From NCBI GenBank assembly GCA_040222015.1, contig JAVJWO010000047.1:130603-194602 (forward strand): 64,000 nucleotides of DNA, given 5' to 3'. Under the pieces are notes generated by a model. It was not told where the DNA came from. It did no database searches and worked only from the letters and a program-made list of their open reading frames with translations. Below, piece after piece: positions 38,369 through 46,843 of this stretch (positions are counted from its first letter, which is position 1; every line of letters begins with the position of its first letter). Origin of the DNA: Coleofasciculus chthonoplastes F2-STO-03 (GTDB taxonomy: Bacteria; Cyanobacteriota; Cyanobacteriia; Cyanobacteriales; Coleofasciculaceae). A program made the position numbers and the translations under genes.

Positions 38369-40201
38369 ATGAAAGCCAGTTACACCCTCAGTCAATCGTT
38401 AATTGCCGCAGACAGTCCCTCAACCGTAGACTTACTGATTACCTTTCAAGGATCAGAGTCAAGTCAGCAGACATCCTCGCGTCGTCCGCTCAATCTCAGC
38501 TTAGTTTTAGATCGTTCGGGTTCAATGGCGGGAGAGCCCCTACGATATGCCATTCAAGCTGCCCAAAATCTTATTGATCATCTCACCGCTGATGATGTGG
38601 TTTCGGTGGTGATTTATGATGACACCGCCGAGGTGATTATTCCCCCACAATTCGTTCGCGATCAAGCCGCTATTAAAGCAAAAATTGGTAAAATTCGCGC
38701 CGGGGGCTGCACCAACTTAAGTGGCGGATGGTTGTTGGGATGTACTCAAGTTCAAGCTAACCAAAGTCCGGAACGGATTAATCGCGTCTTACTTTTAACC
38801 GATGGATTGGCAAATTATGGGATTAAAGATCCGCAAGTGCTGACGAAAACAGCCTTAGAAAAAGCAGAAGCGGATATTGTCACCACAACCTTAGGGTTTG
38901 GTAATTATTTTAACGAAGATTTACTGATTAATATGGCAAATGCCGCCAGAGGAAATTTCTACTTTATTCAGTCTCCCGATGATGCTTCCCAAGTGTTTGA
39001 AATTGAGATGGAAAGTTTAGTCTCAGTTGTGGCGCAAAATCTCAGGGTGAAGCTACAACCGGAAGCGTTTGTGGAGGTTGGTGAGATTCTGAATAACTAT
39101 CGCTTTTCCCAGGTTGGCAATACGGTAGAGGTTGTCTTGGGCGATGTGTATGGCGTTGAACAAAAGCCCTTGGCGATTCCCTTAACCGTGTCCTCGCGAT
39201 CGCAATCCGGAATGACGACGATTGCGACTGTGACGTATGACTATCAAACCATTGTCGAGGGCAGTATCCAAAACATTAGCAATCAGTTTTCCATTACCTT
39301 AACCGTCGGTTCAGAAGAACAAGCCAAAGATATCCAGCCTGATCCTCAAGTCTTGGAACAAACCTCTCAGTTAAGAATTGCCAAATTAAAAGATGAAGCT
39401 GTTTCCCTGGCGGACAAGGGAGACTTTCAACAAGCGGTAGTTAAACTGCGTGAAACGATCGAGGGACTCAAACGCAAAACATTAGACGAATTCTTTGACA
39501 TTGCCGAAGAAATTGCCCAACTTGACTACTATGCCCAATGTTTAGAAAATCGACGATTTGACCGGGCAATCCGCAAAGAAATGCGGGATCAATCTTATCA
39601 AGCCCAAACCCGCGATCGCGAAGATTTAAAATTCCGTGGAACTACAACAGGTGCAGCCAGTGGGTTAGAGGTAACGACGAATCCCGACAGTGGTGTTTTA
39701 GTCAAATGTGAACGGGTGGGAGGTAAGCTACGAGTTCGGATTATTTCTGAGGGATATAATCCGGATTTAAACGTGCAGTTTCCCCGTAGTATTCGCGAAC
39801 AAGGTGTCACCTATGTCGTGGATGAAATTACCCCATCTGCTAATGGCACATTTTATCGCACCTCAGGAAACATTCGCCGCCTGGTTAAACCCGGTGAAGA
39901 AAAAGCATCCACTCAAAAAACCCGTCAAGCTAAACAATTACAAACCGCTAAAGCCCAAGGAACGGCGGCTGATTTAGAAACCACAGATACGGTGGGAGAT
40001 GGGGTTCTAGTTCAGTGTGTCAAGGAGGGAAAAAAACTACGAGCCAGAGTCGTTTCTGATGGCTATAATCCTGACTACAATATCCGTTTTCCTCGCACTA
40101 TTCGAGAGGAAGGGATATTATATGTAGTGGATGAAGTTAAGGAAAATACCCAGGGAGGTTCCTATATTGCTTATGGTAAAATTCGCCGATTAGTTCAGTA
40201 G
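38369..40201 (+). CDS. vWA domain protein with two tandem ~75-aa C-terminal repeats
   Basis: LDRSGSM MIDAS, LLTDG, TLGFG; duplicated GVLVxCxxxGxKLRxRxxSxGYNPDxNxxFPRxIRE unit. Confidence 0.88.
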   Translation: MKASYTLSQSLIAADSPSTVDLLITFQGSESSQQTSSRRPLNLSLVLDRSGSMAGEPLRYAIQAAQNLIDHLTADDVVSVVIYDDTAEVIIPPQFVRDQAAIKAKIGKIRAGGCTNLSGGWLLGCTQVQANQSPERINRVLLLTDGLANYGIKDPQVLTKTALEKAEADIVTTTLGFGNYFNEDLLINMANAARGNFYFIQSPDDASQVFEIEMESLVSVVAQNLRVKLQPEAFVEVGEILNNYRFSQVGNTVEVVLGDVYGVEQKPLAIPLTVSSRSQSGMTTIATVTYDYQTIVEGSIQNISNQFSITLTVGSEEQAKDIQPDPQVLEQTSQLRIAKLKDEAVSLADKGDFQQAVVKLRETIEGLKRKTLDEFFDIAEEIAQLDYYAQCLENRRFDRAIRKEMRDQSYQAQTRDREDLKFRGTTTGAASGLEVTTNPDSGVLVKCERVGGKLRVRIISEGYNPDLNVQFPRSIREQGVTYVVDEITPSANGTFYRTSGNIRRLVKPGEEKASTQKTRQAKQLQTAKAQGTAADLETTDTVGDGVLVQCVKEGKKLRARVVSDGYNPDYNIRFPRTIREEGILYVVDEVKENTQGGSYIAYGKIRRLVQ

Positions 40202-40234
40202 TTGTGAAAGTCAGATAGATATTAAAACCTATTA

Positions 40235-40337
40235 GGTATTAGTAGCGAGCAAGATGCAAAGCCTGCGGCATGGCTTCGCTTAACGCACTACAAGGATGAG
40301 AGCTATTATTGACATTAAGGTTTAAATGCCGAACAGC
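40235..40337. mobile_element. Partial inverted copy of MITE at 14662-14789
   Basis: GTAGCGAGCAAGATGCAAAGCCTGCGGCATGGCTTCGCTTAACGCACTAC...TTTAAATGCCGAACAGC is the reverse complement of most of the 14665-14765 sequence. Confidence 0.75.
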
Positions 40338-40414
40338 CAATAACAAACAGGCATTCTCAGAGTTTGCTAAACTAGCACGATTAGGCTGAATACTCAAATA
40401 GCCGCAAAATCGCT

Positions 40415-40671
40415 ATGGTCAGAACATTAACCCACTGGACTGTCGCCGATTATCATCAGATGATTGAAAGTGGCATCAAATACGAGACTATTGGGTGATT
40501 GATATTCCAGGGAGTCAGTTGTGGGTGCATCGTGAACCTAATCAGGGAACGTATCAATCTTTGGTTAAGTATTCGACGGGTATAATTATGCCATTAGCAT
40601 TACCGCACGTCGAAGTGGACGTGCTTAGATTACTGAGCGTGACTTATCCTATACATCTCATCAGCGAGTAA
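40415..40671 (+). pseudogene. Uma2 family pseudogene with internal deletion/frameshift
   Basis: MVRTLTHWTVADYHQMIESGI joined out of frame to DYWVIDIPGSQLWVHREP...; central PD-(D/E)xK core missing. Confidence 0.75.
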
Positions 40672-40694
40672 GTGTAGGCTTCCTTAGTGAGACA

Positions 40695-41357
40695 TTAAGC
40701 CAAAGGAGACTGATGATAATTAGCGAGTAAATCCGCCGGATTTTGATAGACTTTCATACAGCCGGCTTCTTTTAACTCGGCTGCTGAGAAACCACCGCAA
40801 AGCACGCCAATAACATCTAGGTTAATTTTACAGGCGGCTTGAGCATCATAAGGACTATCCCCCACCACAATCGCGTCTTGGGGAGTCACTCCATCCAGCT
40901 TATCTAATGCCGCTTGAAAGATATCGGGATCGGGTTTTGACTTTTCAGCATCGTCTGTAGAGGTTGCGCCGTCTACTAAGTCTTCAATCTCTAATAGTTT
41001 TTTGTAGTGAGTCAGGGTTTCGGTTCTAGCTGAGGATGCCACGACTACTTTTTTGCCATCTAATTTGAGGCGTTCAAATAGTTGGCGCACTCCCTCAAAT
41101 GGACGCACTTGGGATAGGAGGTTTTCTTGATAGAATTCTTTGCGATAATTTGCAATATCCTCGCCGATGCGTTCAAATTCCGCTTGAGGAATAAAGACGG
41201 GGATGATATATTCACTCCCTTTACCGATTTGATGACGGATTTTATCGTAAGACACATCATAACCAAACTGTTTAAACGCTTCAACCCACGCTTTGGCGTG
41301 CAGATCAACGGAATCAACTAAGGTGCCGTCTACATCAAAAATAATCGCCTTTGGCAT
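40695..41357 (-). CDS. HAD family hydrolase
   Basis: FDVDGTLVD, SS, KPDPD, VGDSPYD. Confidence 0.93.
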   Translation of the reverse strand: MPKAIIFDVDGTLVDSVDLHAKAWVEAFKQFGYDVSYDKIRHQIGKGSEYIIPVFIPQAEFERIGEDIANYRKEFYQENLLSQVRPFEGVRQLFERLKLDGKKVVVASSARTETLTHYKKLLEIEDLVDGATSTDDAEKSKPDPDIFQAALDKLDGVTPQDAIVVGDSPYDAQAACKINLDVIGVLCGGFSAAELKEAGCMKVYQNPADLLANYHQSPLA

Positions 41358-41572
41358 CACAGGTTCTCCTTTTGTTTCTCTTCATTATGCCGCTGCGATT
41401 CTGGGGAATCAATCTAGCCTGAGACAGATAATACTCACATCTTTATTAAAAATGTTTAGGTAGAGGGAGAAAAGACTGGAACTCCCCCTCAATCCCTCTT
41501 AAAAAGGGGGACTTTTGAGTTCTATCCCGGTTCCTTATTGATTTCCTCCTCTTGATAACCCGTATTCAAAAT

Positions 41573-42964
41573 TCACTGCCTTTTTTTAGCGTTAAATAAG
41601 ATACCAAAATCAAATGCCACAGCCGAACCCAAAATAGTCATCGGTTCAGGGACAGGGGTAGCCTGAGACGGAGCAAGATTTAAGGATTGATCGAGTTGGA
41701 TAAGAATGAATTCGTTATTATCGGGTTGGTCAGGACTACGCCCTTTAGAAAATGGGTAATTATTATCGTTAATCACCAGTAGGGTTTTATCATCCACAGG
41801 TAATACACTCTCAATTGTAACAAATGGGAACGTAAATACTCCATCTGTTGTACCATTGCCTCCTAGATTATTGGGATCGGGGATATTCAGCAAATCCACT
41901 AATAACTCTTTTTGGACAAAGCCATCACTATCTATCTGATTGATATCAATTTTGTAAATTCGCTTAAATTCAGCCGGTCTAGGAAATTCTGGATTATTAG
42001 GATCGCCTGTTCTGTTATCGCGCTCGATGACCAGAAATTCATGGTCATTAATTGCTGTCAAGTCACCAATCGCTCGACCTAGGGGATCTCGTTGATAGAA
42101 AAATGTTTTTCCTGTATATTTTTTGGTAGCTAAATCAAACTCATTAATCAAGAGGCGATCGCGTTGATCATCAGGTTGTAATGCTCCTTCTAACATGGCG
42201 TAGAGTTTGGTGCCACTGCTATTGAGTGCCAGCCCTTCAAATCCGTTGGAACCCCCCAAATTTGCTGTACTGTCTAATTGGGGATTATCAGGAGACTGAA
42301 CCAAGGGTTTATCACCCAAACCCAGAAAATTGGGTAACGGAATTGGCGCATCAAGAACTTGACCATCCGCCGAAACATGGAGAAGAAAGGGACCAAATTC
42401 ATCACCAAACCAGTACGTTCCATCACTCGCTTGACGGAAGGATTCGATGTCAAAGTCAGCACCCGTTAACCAGCGATTGGATTGAATCTTTGAGTCTACA
42501 GGAATGGTGGTTTCTGGATACAAGGATTGTTCGGCAATAAGCGGAAAGTCTATCTGATTGTTCCGATCATTTAACTGTAAAAAACTTTCTGGACTAAAGC
42601 GAGTCAGGCGTTCACCCGTCTGAAAATTAACCGGGAAAACTTGACCTGTGGTAAAATCGGGTTCGACAGCATAAACCCGTAGCAAAAAATCAGCCGAGTT
42701 ACTTTTAAGACCAAAACCGTTATCTGCCAAAACCCGAAAGGTTCCCGGTTTGGGTCCAGGTAAAACAGCCGAAAAGCCCTGCACGGGTTGTTGCTCAGTA
42801 AACGGAATAGAAATTTGTTGTCCTGAGGTGGGACCTGGGGTGAATGTATCTGCCCTAAGAATAGCACGTCCGAGCAGTTGAACGGCAGCGGCTGGAGACG
42901 TGAAAATTAAGGGTACAATTAGGAAGGTATGACTACCGAGTAATAGATAGAAACGCTTGAACAT
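41573..42964 (-). CDS. Esterase-like activity of phytase family secreted protein with PEP-CTERM-like tail
   Basis: Signal peptide, QGFS, DNGFG, DIES, GDEFGP, GFEG, TIES, NDNNYP; VPEPMTILG...KKRQ. Confidence 0.88.
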   Translation of the reverse strand: MFKRFYLLLGSHTFLIVPLIFTSPAAAVQLLGRAILRADTFTPGPTSGQQISIPFTEQQPVQGFSAVLPGPKPGTFRVLADNGFGLKSNSADFLLRVYAVEPDFTTGQVFPVNFQTGERLTRFSPESFLQLNDRNNQIDFPLIAEQSLYPETTIPVDSKIQSNRWLTGADFDIESFRQASDGTYWFGDEFGPFLLHVSADGQVLDAPIPLPNFLGLGDKPLVQSPDNPQLDSTANLGGSNGFEGLALNSSGTKLYAMLEGALQPDDQRDRLLINEFDLATKKYTGKTFFYQRDPLGRAIGDLTAINDHEFLVIERDNRTGDPNNPEFPRPAEFKRIYKIDINQIDSDGFVQKELLVDLLNIPDPNNLGGNGTTDGVFTFPFVTIESVLPVDDKTLLVINDNNYPFSKGRSPDQPDNNEFILIQLDQSLNLAPSQATPVPEPMTILGSAVAFDFGILFNAKKRQ

Positions 42965-43083
42965 TTGTTTTCCTGAATAATCTAGGTGATTTAAATTATA
43001 ATCGAAGCCAATAATTATAAATCGGTGAGTGTCAATAAACTTAACTATGTTAAATTAGGCATATAAGTGTTAACCCCTGACCA

Positions 43084-45366
43084 ATGACAAAGGACAAAGG
43101 ACAAAGGACAAAAGACAAAGACTTAGTCCTGATCGGCGGCGGTCATAGCCACGCGATCGCACTGCGGATGTTGGGGATGAATCCCTTGCCCGGAGTGCGC
43201 TTGACGCTGCTCACAAATGTGTCTCATACCCCCTATTCCGGGATGTTACCGGGTCATGTTGCTGGCTTCTATACCTTTGATGAATGTCATATTGATTTGC
43301 GGCGTCTTGCCCACTTTGCTGGCGCTCAATTATATATTGATAAAGCCGTGGGTTTAGATTTAAACTCGAATAAAGTTATCTGTGCCAATCGTCCTCCCGT
43401 TGCCTTTGATATCGTATCGATTGATATTGGTAGTACCCCGGCTAAAGAATCGGTTCCTGGCGTAGCTAAATACGCGATTCCGGCTAAACCTGTCCCCCAA
43501 TTTTTAACGCGATGGAATCGAATTATTGAAACCATTGCACAACATCCTCAACAATCTCTGAGTTTAGGAATTGTTGGCGGTGGTGCAGGTGGGGTAGAAC
43601 TGGCAATGACAATGCAACGGCGTATTAATGATGTAGAGACGCGCCATGGCACGTCTGTAAAAATTCATTTATTTCATCGGGGTAATCAACTATTACCAGG
43701 TCATAATTCCTGGACGCGGCGATATGTTCAGAAGCTACTAAGGAAACGGGAAATTCAGGTACATTTAGGGGAAACTGTTTCTCAGATTTTGCCCGATAAA
43801 ATTTGCTGTGAGTCGGGTTTCGTTGTCGATTGTGATTATAGCTTCTGGGTAACCCAAGCCTCTGCACCGAGTTGGATTGCTGAATCTGGATTGCATACCA
43901 CTTCAAAGGGTTTTATTTCAGTTGGTGATACGTTACAATCCCTCTCTCATCCTTATATGTTGGCCGCTGGTGATATCGCCACCATGGTGAATCATCCTCG
44001 CCCTAAAGCTGGGGTATTTGCGGTGCGTCAAGGGAAGCCTTTAGTCGAAAATTTGCGTCGCTTTGTACAAGGGAAAGCGCTACATCCTTACCAACCTCAA
44101 CGGCGGTTTTTGAGTTTAATTGGCACAGGTGATGGAAGCGCGATCGCATCCTGGGGTTCCTTTGGCTGGCACTCTCGACTACTATGGCGTTGGAAGGATC
44201 ATATTGATCGCAAATTTATGCGGCAATTTAGGGATTTGTCAGAGATGGAAGCGGCTAATAATAGTGCAGAGAAAACGCCTAATCCGACGCAATTAGCCTT
44301 TCTAAAGAAGCCGAATAACCCCTCACCCATGTATTGCGCTGGCTGTGGTTCTAAAGTGGGTAGCACGACTCTAGAACGAGTGTTAAAACGGTTGCAGGAT
44401 GAGTGTTTTTTCTCCACGCCAGAGGATATTATTCTCGGATTAGAGACGCCTGATGATGCAGCGGTGCTAAAAGTTCCCGCCGATAAGTTATTAGTGCAAA
44501 CGATTGATTATTTTCGCACTTTAATCAATGATCCTTTTATCTTTGGACAAATTAGCACTCATCATTGTCTCAGCGATTTATTTGCCATGGGTGCAACACC
44601 TCAGAGTGTTTTGGCAATGGTAACGGTTCCTTATGCGACAGCAGAAAAACAGGAGGAAACTCTCTATCAATTGTTATCCGGGGCGATGAAGGTATTATCT
44701 CAAGTACAAGCGCCGTTGGTGGGAGGACATACCACAGAAGGGACAGAATTAACCTTTGGTTTATCCTGTAATGGGTTAGTATATCCTCAGCAAATCCTTA
44801 AAAAAAGTGGGATGAAACCGGGCGATCGCGTAATTCTCACTAAAGCGTTAGGAACCGGGATTTTATTTGCTGCACATCAGCGTTTACAGGCAAAAGGGCG
44901 CTGGATTGATCAGGCGGTTGAGTCGATGCTGTTATCCAATCAGGAAGCGGTTCAAGTATTCCGAGATCATGGTGTCACAGCTTGTACCGATGTCACGGGG
45001 TTTGGATTGGTGGGACATTTGGTGGAAATGGTGCAAGCATCGGGGGTGGCGGTGGAATTAGAGTGGGATAAAATTCCCCTGCTGGAGGGGGTGACGGAAC
45101 TTGTGCAACAGGGAATTGTCAGTTCACTGTATCCCCAGAATGTACAAGCTGCACGGTTTATCAGGAATCAAGAAGAAATGTGCGATCGCGCCAATTATCC
45201 GGTACTTTTTGATCCGCAAACCTCTGGCGGGTTATTGGCGACAATTCCGGCGGATCAAGCGGTAAAGTGTGAGCAGGTTCTGCAAGAATTAGGATATAAA
45301 CAGAGTCGCATTATTGGTCAGGTAATGCCCGCTAGTTCAGGCGTTCCCCCATTGAGATTCTTATAA
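43084..45366 (+). CDS. selD: Selenide, water dikinase fused to N-terminal FAD-dependent pyridine nucleotide-disulfide oxidoreductase
   Basis: LIGGGHSH, YSGMLPG, GGGAGGVE; CAGCGSKV, DDAA, QTIDYF, SDLFAMG, GGHT, TDVTGFG, DPQTSGGLL. Confidence 0.95.
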   Translation: MTKDKGQRTKDKDLVLIGGGHSHAIALRMLGMNPLPGVRLTLLTNVSHTPYSGMLPGHVAGFYTFDECHIDLRRLAHFAGAQLYIDKAVGLDLNSNKVICANRPPVAFDIVSIDIGSTPAKESVPGVAKYAIPAKPVPQFLTRWNRIIETIAQHPQQSLSLGIVGGGAGGVELAMTMQRRINDVETRHGTSVKIHLFHRGNQLLPGHNSWTRRYVQKLLRKREIQVHLGETVSQILPDKICCESGFVVDCDYSFWVTQASAPSWIAESGLHTTSKGFISVGDTLQSLSHPYMLAAGDIATMVNHPRPKAGVFAVRQGKPLVENLRRFVQGKALHPYQPQRRFLSLIGTGDGSAIASWGSFGWHSRLLWRWKDHIDRKFMRQFRDLSEMEAANNSAEKTPNPTQLAFLKKPNNPSPMYCAGCGSKVGSTTLERVLKRLQDECFFSTPEDIILGLETPDDAAVLKVPADKLLVQTIDYFRTLINDPFIFGQISTHHCLSDLFAMGATPQSVLAMVTVPYATAEKQEETLYQLLSGAMKVLSQVQAPLVGGHTTEGTELTFGLSCNGLVYPQQILKKSGMKPGDRVILTKALGTGILFAAHQRLQAKGRWIDQAVESMLLSNQEAVQVFRDHGVTACTDVTGFGLVGHLVEMVQASGVAVELEWDKIPLLEGVTELVQQGIVSSLYPQNVQAARFIRNQEEMCDRANYPVLFDPQTSGGLLATIPADQAVKCEQVLQELGYKQSRIIGQVMPASSGVPPLRFL

Positions 45367-45498
45367 GAAACCCCCTTTTTGCAATGGCGACTAGAAGTCG
45401 CTGCTACACAAACAAAGTCCGCCTACGCGGACTAAATTATCAAGGGTTTGAAGAGTTGTATCGCACCGCTATCGGCGATAATCGTATTTTCCACAAAA

Positions 45499-45548
45499 GT
45501 ACAAGCGGCAAGGTTTATCAGGAATCAGAAGCAGATTCGCGATCGCGC
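45499..45548 (+). repeat. Diverged non-coding copy of selD internal segment 45142-45191
   Basis: 41/50 nt identical, ungapped; encodes VQAARFIRNQKQIRDR vs VQAARFIRNQEEMCDR. Confidence 0.85.
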
Positions 45549-45585
45549 TTGCCATGAAAATTATATGTTGCGCTAACCATTAAGC

Positions 45586-46386
45586 TTACCTTTCAGCGAT
45601 AGCCCGCACAGTCTCCACTGATAACGATAACGCTTCAGCAATTTGTTCTAAAGTTAAACCCATTGCCAATAACTTGGGAATCGCATTTCGTTGCGCCAAC
45701 TCAGCTTGTTCTCTTGCCTGTTGTTCTTGTATTTTTTCCCGTTCAGCTTGTTCTCGTGCCTGTTGTTCTTGTATTTTTTCCCGTTCAGCTTGTTCTCGTG
45801 TTCGTTTTTCTAACCTTCGCTGTTCAATAATTTCTACAAACGAAGCAAACCTTTCCCCATCAGGATGGTATAGCTGTAAATTTCCTGCTTCCAATTCAAA
45901 TCGAATGCCCAGACGGGGACTAATCCAACCCGACATTCTCGGAATTGGCTGTAATATTTGTTCATGCCGTTGCCATCCTTTGAGGATTCCGGACTGAGGA
46001 TTAAACAGGTAATATTCCTCAACACCATAACGTTCGTAAAAATAACGCTTGGTTTCCTCTAATTCTGTCTTCGTGTTACTGTGAGAGGCAATCTCGAAAA
46101 CAACTTGCGGTGGAATATTGTCTTCTTCCCACTGTTTATAGGAACGTCGATCACCCTTGGGACGTCCGATGACAACCATGACATCCGGTGCTTGTCTAAT
46201 CCAGGGTTCCCCTTCCACGGGATACCAGAATAAATCTCCAGCAACAAAGACATTAGGGTTATCAATAAACAGGGCATCAATTCCACCTTGAATGGTGACA
46301 ATTAAGCGGAATTGGATTGTATTGTCTGCCAAGGGTTGACCGTCACTTTCGGGGTAGATGATTTTAGAGAAGGTAGAAAGGGGCAT
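45586..46386 (-). CDS. Uma2 family endonuclease with C-terminal coiled-coil repeats
   Basis: YPESDGQPLAD, APDVMV, VFEIAS, YGVEEYY; REQAEREKIQEQQA x2; start at ATG 46386. Confidence 0.9.
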   Translation of the reverse strand: MPLSTFSKIIYPESDGQPLADNTIQFRLIVTIQGGIDALFIDNPNVFVAGDLFWYPVEGEPWIRQAPDVMVVIGRPKGDRRSYKQWEEDNIPPQVVFEIASHSNTKTELEETKRYFYERYGVEEYYLFNPQSGILKGWQRHEQILQPIPRMSGWISPRLGIRFELEAGNLQLYHPDGERFASFVEIIEQRRLEKRTREQAEREKIQEQQAREQAEREKIQEQQAREQAELAQRNAIPKLLAMGLTLEQIAEALSLSVETVRAIAER

Positions 46387-46458
46387 GATATCACAGGAAC
46401 AAACATTTTTTGTCACTTTAGCATATCCCCAAAAGACGCTGGAGAAATCCATCGTGCG

Positions 46459-46500
46459 CTGTATCCCCAGACTATACAAGCCGCCAGATTGATCAGCACT
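46459..46500 (+). repeat. Second diverged copy of selD internal segment 45127-45168
   Basis: 33/42 nt identical, ungapped; LYPQTIQAARLIST vs LYPQNVQAARFIRN. Confidence 0.75.
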
Positions 46501-46717
46501 CCTACTGGCTCAGGCGCAAATGAAATATCCCGGAAAATCTGATCGGTGGTACGCGGAGAAAATTATTTATGATTTAGAGCGTGACGGTGCGGGTAGTGGG
46601 CGTCGTTCCAGCTATGGGGTTAATCGCCGAGAATTGCGGGAGAACATTTTCCTGGCTGGCTCGATGATATGGCTGGTTAACTCAGTTACCTCCTTGGTTG
46701 GTCGTTTGTTGAGATGA
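46501..46717 (+). pseudogene. 5'-truncated hypothetical cyanobacterial gene remnant
   Basis: LLAQAQMKYPGKSDRWYAEKIIYDLERD motif begins right after the selD echo. Confidence 0.45.
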
Positions 46718-46843
46718 GTCATCTGTCATTTGTCAGTTGTCATTGGTAACGTTAGCTATTTCCGGCGTTCCACCACTGAAATTCTGAGCAACGACGAAAT
46801 CTCCGACTTGTTCAAGAAGTCAGGGAGCTATAGCTAGCCTTAT

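Noticed and set aside
44329..44358. Possible selenocysteine recoding in selD
   Set aside because: Active-site codons are TGC/TGT (Cys) and the ORF has no in-frame TGA.
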